Assembly: GCF_001194135.2 (NCBI RefSeq)
Contig: NC_068982.1
Location: 133,743,883 to 133,807,882, forward strand
Origin: Octopus bimaculoides
Taxonomy: Eukaryota
Direction of reading: 5' to 3'
Length of the DNA: 64,000 nucleotides
The position numbers were made by a program, and so were the translations under genes. The notes under the pieces were generated by a model. That model had not been told where the DNA came from. It saw only the letters and a program-made list of their open reading frames with translations, and ran no database searches. Shown here piece by piece: positions 25,854 through 37,979 of the stretch (its first letter is position 1; each line of letters starts with the position of its first letter).

Positions 25854-28399
25854 TCAGTCTAATTTTGGCACAACGCTAGCAATTTTGAGGGGAGGGGTGT
25901 TAGATAATATCATAAAATTCATAACTTGGGTTCACAACTTTGTAAGGCTTCTATCAGTTAATATTAGTTTCAAATTTTGGCACGGAGCTAGCATTTTCAA
26001 GGGTGAGGTAAGTTGATTACATTGACCCCAGTGCTCAACTGGTACTTATTTTATCAACCCTGAGAGGCAAAGTCTACCTTACAACTTTATAAACAATTAA
26101 AAAAAATATATAACTAGACCCAATGCAATTTGTATAATAGTTTCTTTTGATTTTGTAGCACACAACTTGACAGACACATTTATCATCATCACCACCATTT
26201 AACACCTGTTTTCCATGCTGGCATGAGTTGGACAGTTTGATAGGCACCAAGAAGCCAGAGGACTACACCAAGCTCCAATGCCTACTTTGGCAAGTGAGCC
26301 AACATTCTAAACTATAAAAGATTTCACTACGAAAAGAATAACAATGAGATAAAATCCTACCACGCAGTAAAAAATTGTAAGACTGAACATATTTCCCTCT
26401 CCCAAAATATTTGCTGTGTAAGGTGTACCTGCTGGTGCAGTGAAATTCTGTGTGAAACTACTCAAATCAATAATTAATAATAAAAATGTCACAACATTCT
26501 ATTTGTCTCTTCCTTGTAAATTTGAACCTTGTTGCTATGTAAGAAAGTTATTTATAATTTAGCTTGAAGTGTACAGGAGATGGCCAAGATAGTCAAGTGC
26601 TGGATTAAACATTTTGTGGGTGTTTTTTCTTGTTTTTTTTTTGTCTTTATTTCACTTATTGTCTTGATGAAATAATAAGTATGAAATAAATACTGCAGTC
26701 ACCTAGGTCAAGTACTCGCCCACTATTTATCCGTAGCCTTGTATCTAGTTATCAAAGCACTTAGCCTGGTGGTTAGGGTCTTGAATATGGTCACAACTGT
26801 TAGGTCATGAGTTCAATATTTGGACCAATGGGTCCAGTATGTCCTTGAGCAAGGCACTTTGTTTCAGCTAACTCTGGTGTGCTCAGCTAAAAATGAATAC
26901 CAGTGACAACTGGGATTAACTCTGATTTGGAATAACATTTTNNNNNNNNNNGGGGGGGGGGGTAGTGGAGATGAGTCTTGTTTTTTCAGCCTAAATGCCT
27001 TGAAAATTCAGATGAGCTCCGATCTTATGTGATGGTAGGCTTTGAGGCTGAATTTGCCACCAGTTAAATGAAGTGAATATTCTGCCTAGCTCTATAGGAC
27101 AAACGGAGCACATTTTTGAAATCCATTTCTTCTAATTACTTTTTTTGAGAAAGTGTTGTGAATTCTCAGAATCATTCCAGCAATAGATAAAATTGCTTTT
27201 CAGTATTTGTTCCTGCTCTATTCCCGAGTTCAGATTCTGCCACAATTAACTTTCATCCTTCTGGGATTGGTAAAATAAAATACCAGTCGAGTACTGTGAT
27301 CAATATAATCAATTATACCACTCCTTCCAAATTTCTAATGTTGTGTTTATATTAAAAAATTTTATTCTTGAAAAGGGCATCAACACCACCACACAACTTT
27401 ATTCTCCTGTCATTATAAATGAGATGTTTTGTACCTTAGATGAAAAGCAATATTATTACATGCTATATTCAAAGTGGTGAACTGGAAGAATCATTAGCAT
27501 ACTGGACAAAATGCTTAGCAGTTCATCCATATTTACATTCTGGGTTCAAATTCTGCCAAGGTCAACTTTGCTGTCATCCTTTTGGGGTCGATGAAATAAG
27601 TACCAATTGAGGTCATTGTAACTGACTTACTCTCCCTACAGGACTTGCTGGCCTTGTACCAAAAATTTGAAACCAGTATTATCACGTTATAGTTTCTGTT
27701 CCCTGTTGTTAGTGATTTTTCACTTTATTTCATTTCACTTACAGATAAATTAAGAAAATGGTGTGAATGAATGTCACATACTCTAGTTTTAACCTACTGA
27801 TGAAGCTGAAACCTTGTCACTTATGTAAGAAATATAAAAAAATAATAAAAATGAAACAAAAAAGCAAAGAGTTATGCATTTTTATCATTGTAAAATAATA
27901 ACAATTTTCAGGTGATCCAAGTTTATAAGCTTCTATCATTTCCTAATTGGGGACAGTTTACCCTTTATATATCACTGTTGTGCTTGAGTGATAAACATTT
28001 CAGTCTCATTTTCCTTTACCTCCATTCTTTATATCAATCTATCTCCTAGCCAGTATTGAGTAAGAAGACTTTTATCTCCTCTTTGCTTTTCTTTCTTTTT
28101 GGTCTTGTGACATTTTTTTTCCTTTAAATATTAATTTTCCTTTCAATATTTCTTTTAATCTTTATCTTATCAACATCAAGACAGCTATGACTACCACCAC
28201 CACTAACCACCACCACCATCACTGTCACCAACGTCACCACCACCATCAGCAGCATCACCAATACTGTTATTTCACCCATCACTACCACTACACCACTCCA
28301 GTTCAGAAACTGTTGAAACAAAAATCCTCCTATAGATTTTATTATTATAGTAGCTTCAACATTTCTTTTGCACAGGCGGAAAATGGTGTTTGCTAATCT

Positions 28400-28611
28400 C
28401 TTTCTCTAACTCTTTCATTCTCTCTCTCTCTGTCTCTCTCTCTGTCTCTCTCTGTCTCTCTCTCTGTCTCTCTCTCATTTATTGTTGACTGTTGCTGCAA
28501 CAATTGGGACATAACTGTTTTAAGTCTGTTGCTTGAGAATTATTACACAGCCTACTTTCAAATAAGGTCACTTTGACTTAGTATTCTTCCAAGACAGACT
28601 GGTAGATAGAG

Positions 28612-28642
<31 letters not shown>

Positions 28643-28983
28643 CAGACAGAAATAGATAGGGAGGGGGAGAGAGAGAGGTGGGCTGGGGGGGGGGATGTTT
28701 CTTCAATACATTAACCTCCACCATTTCAGTCAGTTACACTCACATATTCAGGTTGATCTACTGTATAATCAGTACTTTATACAACTTACACACACTTTAT
28801 TATGTACATATCTCCCTTTCTTTCACTGTCTATCATCACTCATCAACTCAGTCTGTTGCACTTGCCAACTTCTCTTATTCTCTCTCTCTCCTCTCCTCAC
28901 TCTCTTTCATTTGTTCTTTCATTCTTTTCACTCACTTTCCTCCTTGCTCTCTTTACCTGCTCTCTATCTCTCTCTCTACCTGC

Positions 28984-29028
<45 letters not shown>

Positions 29029-29371
29029 ACCACTCTACACTTGTTCTTTCTCACTCTCTTTTTTACTAATTTTTTTATTACTCTCTCACTTGGTTTCTCC
29101 CCCCTCTCTCTCTTTACACTCATGCCCTCCCTCACCATTCACCCCCCTCTCTAACTTCTCTCCCTACTCTTACATATGCACTTCCACTCTCCCCTTGTGC
29201 ACTCCCATCCTCTCTCTCTCTCTCTCCACTTATGTACACACCTTTTCTCTTTATCTGTGTGCTCTCTTTCTCTCTGTGTCTCTCTTTCTCTCTCTGTCTC
29301 TCTTTCTCTCTCTCTTAATAGCAAACAAGTCTCTCTGAAGTACACATGCATGTTGCCAGCATGCACACACA

Positions 29372-29405
<34 letters not shown>
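28400..29405. repeat. Compound low-complexity block: (TC)n, (GATA)n, long CT-rich tract, (CA)n
   Basis: Directly visible. It explains the overlapping Ser/Leu-rich and ER-rich ORFs at 28678-29421. Confidence 0.95.
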
Positions 29406-29406
<1 letters not shown>

Positions 29407-29654
29407 CCGTCTTTAAATTAAAGAGAATCACATTGGATAATGCAGTGTTTAATATGTAAAATGGGGATGGTCCTGCTAGGATGCATTTAACCATAGGTCA
29501 GCTTGATCGAGATTGACTTGGGGCTAAACAAAAACATTTGAAGCAAAAACAACAAAAATAACCCTTGTCCCTTTTCTATGTGTGTTCGCATTTACACATA
29601 CTTTTCCTGTACTTTATTCCTTCTTTGTATATTTACTCTCCGCGTGCTCGTAGT

Positions 29655-30012
29655 TTATTCTTTTACTCGTTTCAGTTATTAGACTGTGGCCATGCTGGAG
29701 CACCGCTTGGAAGAGTTTTGTTGAATCAATGAATCCTGGTGCTTATTTCGGTGTTTGGTACTCATTCTATCAGTCTGTTTTGCCAAACTGTTAAGTCATG
29801 GGGAAATAAGTAAACTGACACTGGTCATCAAGTGATTAGGGAACAAACACAAAAATGTGTGGGCTTCTACACGTGCATGCGCACACATGATGAGCTTCTA
29901 TCCAGTTTCCACCTACCAGATTCACTCATAAGGTATTGGTCGGCCTAAGACTAAATTCAGAGACACGCACTCAGGAACTGAATATAAAACCATGTGGTTG
30001 TAAAGTGAATTT
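29655..30012 (-). mobile_element. Family A SINE, minus strand
   Basis: Reverse-complement match to the family A tail, body and head (AACCATGTGGTTG). Confidence 0.7.
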
Positions 30013-30017
30013 ATTAA

Positions 30018-30082
<65 letters not shown>

Positions 30083-30083
<1 letters not shown>

Positions 30084-30445
30084 GTGCAGGCATGGTGGTG
30101 TGGTAAGAAGTTAGCTTCCCAACCACATGGTCTTGGGTTCAGTGGAACCTTGGGCAGATGTTTTCTGCTATAGCCCCAGGCCAACCAAAAGCTTGTGAAT
30201 GGATTTGGTTGACTGAAACTGAAAGAAATCCATTGTATGTATATCTTCATGTTTGTCTCCCACCACTGCTTGACAACCAGTGTTGGTTAGTTTACATCCC
30301 TGTAACTTAGCAATTCAGCAAAGAGCAATTGACATAAGTGCTGAGCTTAGAAAAATAAATTACTGGGTTCGGTTTGTGTGAATAAACCCTTCAAGGCGGT
30401 GCAGTGCCCCAGCATTGCTGCAGACTAATAACTGAAACAAGTAAC
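30083..30445 (+). mobile_element. Family A SINE, plus strand, head-to-head with the 29655-30012 copy across (CA)n at 30019-30081
   Basis: GGTGTGGTAAGAAG...CCCAACCACATGG...GGGTTCAG...CCTTGGGCAGATG. Confidence 0.8.
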
Positions 30446-32363
30446 AATCGTTACCGTCATCAAATGCCACACACATATATGCACATGCGCGCGTGCATGT
30501 GTGGTGTGCATGCGAAGGAGAAAAGGAATGCCCTGGTGAGAGTGTAATTTTCAGTGAGTGTAAAAGTAGTTATCTCTCCACCTTCAACTGATTATTTCTC
30601 TGTTTACGAGTAGCACTCAATAGAGACTGGAGCAGTATATCTGAAGATGTATGTATATATCGGCAACCACAAACCATTAAATAATATAGAGCTGAGTCAA
30701 CTTATTAAATGCTTACAATTCTAACTAAATACGCTGAGTGCTATTTTCTTTTGTTTGTTCACTCAGCCGTGTATGTGTGTGTGTAGCATCTACATACGCT
30801 TGTGTTGTTGGACACACATGCATATTCATAGGTCGTGTATATATGTATTTATGTTCCATTTCTGGTTTAATTTTTTCGTGTTTTATTTTGGTTTGGCACT
30901 TGTTCATCTGGCAATTTTGTAAAGACAAAGTAATAAAGAATGAAAAATGGCTGTCTTGATCTTTTCATCATCTTTTATGGTATCAATTGTCCTTTAAACC
31001 TTAAGGTCTTGTACATTTTTTTTATTGTCCCACGTCATCTATGAACATCTGTAGCATATCAATCAATTATGGCACTAAATTCTTTCACCAAAGACCCCAA
31101 GTTCAGTTACACTTTGATCTCAACAGATTTGTATACATTCTGTCATTCAAGTGATAAATGGACATAATTTGGTGAACTGGCATAATTATTAGTGTTGGAT
31201 AATATGACTCTCAGCATTCTGAGTTCAAATTCCATCAATGACCACTTAATTTTTCATTCTTTCAAGGTCAATGAAAAAATACTAATCCATGGTGGTAGTG
31301 GTAGAGATGCTTTAAAGAATCATGGGAACTGCCTTCCTCCTAGAAAGGAAATAAAATATAAGTTGCAAGATTTTGTAAAGAAATAAATATTTTTTCTCTA
31401 TGAGATATCTAATTTGATGTGTTCAAGATAATTCCTGTTTCATTTTTAAACAGTTAATAAAAACTAATCTTCATTTTTTATATTCATTTAATTGAAACCA
31501 TGGTATGTTTTGTAGTTGATATATTGTTTTCACACTACTACATGTCTGTGGTAGCTATTCACATACAAGTGAACTTTGGTCATAAAAAAAGCCAAGTCTC
31601 TTAGTAATGGGTGCTTCTCTAAATTGGATAGGATGTAAACTGACAACTCCATAACTTAACTGTCATAGCTATTTACATACAGCTAGGTAGATTTTGGTCA
31701 TAAAACAGTTGGGTCTCTTAGTGGTGGTTCCTGCTCTAAATCGGGCAGTATATGAACTGACAACCGCTTAACTAAAACTATCCATTTCTTCTCTTTGTAA
31801 AGAACAGAGGTTTATTTTGAAGTGATCTGTTACAAGATGTGTTACTTTGATTATATTTTAATGAACCACATCTCCAAACTATTCCAAGTTGACTGAAAGT
31901 GTTACCTCATGAAATTTAAATGTTTTCTGAATATTTTATTCCATTTCACTTGCCATTTAGGACCTGGTTATATTCAGCAAGCCTGCTTCGATTAGTCTAC
32001 TAATAATAAATATTGATTTATATTATAGACTGCTGCGGTGCGCACAAGGAAATTTGGTGCTAAATTCATTTATGTCACCTTAATTAAGTTTGTCAGAAGT
32101 TATTGTTCCGTTAGACAGAGATGATGTTCTTAGTTGTAAATTATTTCACATTTCTAAAATTGATAGATTGTAGGATGCGAAATAGAATTTGGGAGTAAAA
32201 TTTTTCAACTTAATTTCTTATGACAATGCTTTTGAGGGTGAATATGAAGTGGACAAAAATATATTTAAAAAAATGAAATGCTTTTGTATATTAGCATATG
32301 CAAATAACACAAAGTATACATTTGTTTTCCTTTCATACAGCAAGGGCTCCACATGCATATAAA

Positions 32364-32417
<54 letters not shown>

Positions 32418-33110
32418 AATATAAATATAATGAATGTATTTCTTGTCTGAGTGTATGTATATGTGTGTGTATAGTGAACATAGTTATTGCATAGCTCCCT
32501 GTTCCCCCTTCCCCTACCATTTTACACTACTTTTGATAATTAGGAAGTTGTGAAACCAATTAAGTTGTTGTAAATAAATCTCCTTGATAAAGGACCCAAG
32601 GTGCATTTTCAACAGGGATTTTGTGTGCCTATTCTAAAACTAGGAGACACACAGATAATTTGACCTCAGGGCTGCATATTAATGTACAGTACTGAGCTCA
32701 GATTGTCTGTCAGGTGGTCGTATTTGCCTGGCTGACTTGCTTTAGATGCTTTACATCATGGTCACAGTGTTGCTTCAATGGTCTGGTAGCTTAAGAACCA
32801 TATATATCTATTCATGTTTGACCATATATGATCTCAAGCAGGTTGGTATTTTTAGGGCTTAATAATTTTGAAAGTTATCAAGTCAGGCATTTAAAAAGAA
32901 TTGTTTATCAGAAAATATTGAATTTCTCTAAGTAAATAAGTAACTTTATTTAATTTTTAGAAAACTTTGTTCCTTACACTAATATTGATGGAAATATATC
33001 TTTGGTGAGCCACAGAAATTTTGGTAAGTTAATCCCTGCCAAAATAATAAATTTTGTATTAACCAAATTTTACTTTTAATACTACTAATACTTGTAAGGT
33101 GGGGTGAACG

Positions 33111-33555
33111 GGAAGAACTGTTAGCATGCCAGGCAAAATATTTAACAGCATTTTGTCTGTCTTTATGTTGTGAGTTCAAATTCCACTGAGGTCAACTTTG
33201 CCTTTCATCCTTTCAGGGTTGATAAAAAGTACCAGTCAGGTACTGGGGTTGATATAAATGATTTACCCACTCCTCCAAACTTGTTAGCCTTTTACCAAAA
33301 TTTGAAACCAATATTACTGATACTAGATAAAGCAGCAAGCTGACAGAATTGTTAGCATATTGGGCAAAATGCTTAGTGGGATTTCATCCAGCTTTACATT
33401 CTAAGTTCAAATTCCACCGAGGTTGGCTTTGTCTTTCATCCTTTCAGGGTTGATAAAATAAGTACCAGTCAAACAGTGGAGCCAAGGGGCCAGTGTAATT
33501 GACATATCTCTCCCCCAAAAGTGCAGGCCTTGTGTCAAAATTTGAAACAAATATT
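33111..33555 (+). mobile_element. Two tandem family C SINEs
   Basis: Both contain GAGTTCAAATTCCAC.GAGGT...CTTTCATCCTTTCAGGGTTGATAAAA and end AAAATTTGAAAC.AATATTACTGA. Confidence 0.85.
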
Positions 33556-34437
33556 ACTGATTCTAGTGAATATTTACCGATTTTTGTTGAAGGTCTGTGT
33601 ACAGGATATTTTTATTTATTAACTGCTTTGATACCAACCTGCCTGAGATTGCCTGTACTTTAAATTAAAATGTTTAAATTAAAATTCCAATAAAAGTCTC
33701 ATGACATGAATGGTACTGTGAAGTTTTAAGTTGGTCACCACCAAAATAATTTGCTGGTTTATAAAGTTACAGGTATTTCATTAAACCTCTCCAAAATCAT
33801 TATATTAAAACTTGATAGAAAATACATAGGCAGGTTACTCATTATAAACATAGCCATGAAAGAGTTGTGGAAGCATCTGATTTAGTAGTTAGGGTGTTGG
33901 GCACATGATCATTAGGTCATGAGTTCAATTCCTCACTGGGGACTACATTTATTTTATGTCACTCCAGTCTACTCAACTGGAAATGAGTACCATTTGAGTA
34001 CTGGTGCAGCTGTTTTACTCTCCAAATGTCACATTCTTAAGGTACTGCTGAGTTAAAGGTGGGAAAGCCAAGAAGGTATTCGCTTATGACTACATAGGTG
34101 CCTAAAACAATCAGTAAAAGCATGATACATGCTCTCATGTCAGAGGTGTTCATGCTTGAAGATTGTAGGCAGGAGCATTCTGCAAAGTTAGTAAATATAT
34201 TTGGCGAAAGAACCAAAAGGTCTGGCTGAAATCTTTGTGAGGCAGCTTCCAGACCATTTGATGTATGAAGGCAGAATTTGCATTCCCAATGGTCATCTTG
34301 CAGGCATTGCTATGGTGGATGGATACACCTAAAAAAAACAAACAAACAAGAAACTTTCCTTTCTAAATTTTCACTAAAAACATTACTATATACTCACTTC
34401 TGTCTTTTCCAATACTCTCTCTCACTCTCTCTCTCTC

Positions 34438-34473
<36 letters not shown>

Positions 34474-34577
34474 AATAGGATGAATTCTTTTACAAGAATT
34501 TATCAAGTAGCTCGCGTGAAAAAAACCTCAAAAAGGGGAAAAAATCCATCATTTATTCCCAAAATATATATTTATTT

Positions 34578-34815
34578 ATATAAGGGTTTTGCTATACAAT
34601 AATGCCCCATGCTATGAGGGACTCTAAGGTCAGACTACCATAAAAAACACATTTTTACCGAACGCGAGGAAATGCAACTCTCAAAGCCAGCCCCTTAAAA
34701 CCAGACTTAATTATATTTGAGAGTTGCATTTCTTCGCGTTCGGTAAAAATGCGTTTTTTATGGTAGTGTGACCTTAGAGTCCCTCATAGCGTGAGGCATT
34801 ATTGTATAGTAATGG

Positions 34816-34822
<7 letters not shown>
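34578..34822. mobile_element. Fold-back element (MITE-like) with ~108 bp inverted arms and ~30 bp spacer, flanked by TA repeats
   Basis: 34578-34685 matches the reverse complement of 34716-34822 with about 9 mismatches by manual alignment. Confidence 0.8.
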
Positions 34823-34850
<28 letters not shown>

Positions 34851-35447
34851 CAATTAAACCTTGGGAGAGGCATTATGCCAGTAATAAACACACGCACTGG
34901 TTCAGTCCTTTATTAATTTATATAGTTTTTTGTTAAATTATTTCATTGCACTCTTGCAATCTCTTCAGTAACTTGTCTCTCCACTTCCATTTATTTTGAA
35001 TATATATACTAGTTTCTTTCTCTCCACTTTCTCTACCTTTTTTATATGCACACTTTTCATTTCCATTATAAAACTGTCGACTTTGAAGATGAATCCCTGA
35101 AATATTAACCCAACTAATCTAAACTCTATTTTATGTGTTACATTAACTCTGAATTTGGTCCTTTTACTTGTGCTTTATAATAAAAATATTATCTAAAAAT
35201 GCTGAAAGCTAAATGCTTGCAATTAATGAACATTGGCGTGTGTCAGAGGTGTTGGCTGATGTATGCAAAACAAATGAATGGCATCAATAGGGATGTAACT
35301 TAAGTGGACAATATGGTTTAGTGATCTGATCTTGCAGTCTAAATGGGGGAGGCTTTTGGGGTCAGTTGGTGAAATCTTATCTAGGTATTGTGTCAGATGA
35401 TGGTAGGGAAGACTGAGATTTGAGGATAACTGTTGTATTGTACACAG

Positions 35448-35519
35448 CTCCACATCATAGCAGAATGGTAAAAGAGAATGATGAAGATCTGAAAGAAGAT
35501 GGTGCTGACACCAGCAATG
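35448..35519 (+). CDS. Candidate internal exon, 72 nt, phase 1-1; (A)PHHSRMVKENDEDLKEDGADTSN
   Basis: Acceptor gttgtattgtacacag|CT and moderate donor AATG|gtgatc; alternative donors at ATG|gtaaaa and GATG|gtgctg. Purine-rich and open in phase 1. Confidence 0.45.
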
Positions 35520-35559
35520 GTGATCAGGCTGTTGAAATCAATAAGGACATGACATTGAT

Positions 35560-35581
35560 TATGACTGATAGATTTGATGAC

Positions 35582-35628
<47 letters not shown>

Positions 35629-36105
35629 GCAGTGACAGCAGCAATGATGATGTAAACAATGATGACTACAACAACAACAATAATGTTGATGAAAAGTATA
35701 AGTTGATGATAATGATAATGGTGCTGTATATGATAATGATGTTTGAGAAATAATTGAATTATGAAAACTTGAAAATTTGAGTGGCATGCATGTGCATGTA
35801 TGCATGCATGCACTTGCTCATTCATAAATGCATGTGAAAATGGTGTTTGGAAGATAAATGAATTNNNNNNNNNNAAATGAATTATTTAAATGTGTAAAAT
35901 GTTGAGCAACGCAGACACATACATGCATGTGCATAAATACATTAGCATGTGTATACACTTGCACATGCACACAATCACGCATTCTGTCATTCACACACAT
36001 ATACACAATAACACATTGTCATGCACACATATACACAATCACATATTGTGTCACACATACACATATACACAATCACATATTGTCACTTACACATACACAT
36101 ATTTT
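35560..36105. repeat. (ATA)n/(GAT)n trinucleotide tract followed by a CA-rich minisatellite (CACAATCACATATTGT-like units)
   Basis: Directly visible. 10-N gap at 35865-35874. Confidence 0.9.
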
Positions 36106-36859
36106 TGACAGCAAAACAACAACAGCCAAAACTTTGATAATCATGGATATTTTGGAAGATAACTAAATTATTACGAAACATTGTAAAATATGAGCTACAT
36201 GCAAATTATTAACGAACAACAACAAATTTAAAGAGCCTTTAAGAAAGAGGTTCTTTTTAAAAATACCATCACACACACACACACTTACACACTCACAAAC
36301 AAACAAAAAAAGATGAAAATACAATAAAAATCCTAACTATATTTTCTCTAAACATCTCCAGCTGAATTATTATTTGCTATTCTTCTAAAAGAAGATTGAA
36401 ACTAATTTATTTCATTTACCCTTTTTTACCTCGTCTTCCTCTTCTCATATCTCTCTCTCTCTATCTATCTATCTCTCTCTCTCTCTCTCACTTTCCCCCT
36501 CTTACTTTCTGTCTTTAGCATCTTGTAGTTATTCCGCTAGATGCTGGAAAGGAGATTATCTAAAGAGAACTAGAGATTACTTGCAGCAGAAACAATATTG
36601 ATGGTCAGTGAACAAAGGATAAGGAAATATAGTCTGTCTATTGATTATTGTTTTTGCCTCTCCATCCCCTTCTTCCCCCCACTCCCTCTCTTCCTCCATC
36701 CTCTTACTCTTCCTTCTCCTCCTCCTGGACTTTGAAGTTATTGCAATAGTAGAGTAGAAGAAATAGGAAAAAGTGCTTTTGATGATTTTGATGTCGTCTT
36801 CTACTTTCTTATTTGAGTATTGATAAAACAGACAGACCTACAGATAAAGAATTATAGAT

Positions 36860-37062
36860 AGACACGCATACACACAGATGTGCATGGATGTGCACATACA
36901 GATGTGCATACACAGAAACAGTGCACAAATATACATGAATGTGCACATAGAGACACTCACACACTTACATTCAGGCAATATCATGCACACATTAATTCTG
37001 ATGCACCACACTTTTAAAGACATATGCACATACTTGCATGTCCACACATTCACACGCATGCA

Positions 37063-37102
<40 letters not shown>

Positions 37103-37450
37103 TACACACACACACACATGCACAAATTTTTGCATACATGCACAAACACTTGTGCATATTTGCAGACATGCACAATTGCACACACCTAAACAATTTCAGA
37201 AACTCTTGTGCATACATGTACCTACATGCACAATTAAATAAACACTTCTGCATACATGCACAGCTACGCTGGTGCATTTGCGCACATGCATGCACAATTG
37301 AACAAACACTTCTGCATGTGTATACACGTTAAGAATTGCAGAAACACCTCTGTAAATATGCATATATGTGCACCTCTGCAGTCACTTGCATCCATGTGCA
37401 CACATATACAGCATACACACAGCGCATGCACTCACACACACACATGCATA
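36860..37450. repeat. Degenerate CATGCACA/TA low-complexity minisatellite
   Basis: Repeated CATGCACAATT..AAACACTTCTGCAT units. These account for the cluster of C/H/M/Y-rich ORFs. Confidence 0.85.
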
Positions 37451-37907
37451 TACTTACTTTGGTGGTAACCATAAAGGATTTCCAAGAATTTTTTTTCTCA
37501 GTTGTGGTTGTTAAACATTTTGAAATTATTACTTGGGCTTCTGTGCAATCTTTATATTGGAACCCCCTATGGCAATTTTAGCATTACCTTATTAAAAAGT
37601 TAGTATTTCACTTTGGATGATAGTCTTTGAAATCTCCAATTGTATTCAACTGAATGCAACAACAAAAAAAAAGAAAGATGACAAAAAAAAAAGAGAGAAA
37701 GAAAAGGAAAAGCGATAAACTTCGCAATTAAACTAATTGCTTTAGAATACCAGAAGTAGCAGAATTTCAAACTGTTGAAACTTTCGTCTTCAAATGATAC
37801 CAATTTCTTTAATTACATTTATATAGTTACTGTTGTTACATATTGTATGTAGTATATTTGTCCTGAGGTGCAATCTGAAAGAAAATTACTTATTTGTATA
37901 ATTTCAG

Positions 37908-37979
37908 CAGACAGTCCGGTAATAAGAGATAGCTGTGATAGACGGGAAACTGTCTTGGAGAATCACAGACAGTTCAACG
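37908..37979 (+). CDS. Internal coding exon, 72 nt, phase 1-1; (A)DSPVIRDSCDRRETVLENHRQFN
   Basis: Acceptor ttatttgtataatttcag|CAG (NAGNAG) and donor AACG|gtaagt. Open in phase 1, CpG-containing, and similar to exon 1677-1739. Confidence 0.75.

Noticed and set aside
26307-26492. Minus-strand 61-aa ORF with a transmembrane-like segment, and an overlapping plus-strand Cys-rich frame
   Set aside because: There are no convincing splice sites or partner exons, and hydrophobic ORFs are expected by chance in T-rich DNA.
28678-29421. Overlapping ORFs of 124-178 aa
   Set aside because: They are translations of CT/GA/CA microsatellites, open in several frames at once.
36838-37581. Cluster of Cys/His-rich ORFs resembling metal-binding proteins
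   Set aside because: They arise from CA/TG low-complexity repeats on both strands.
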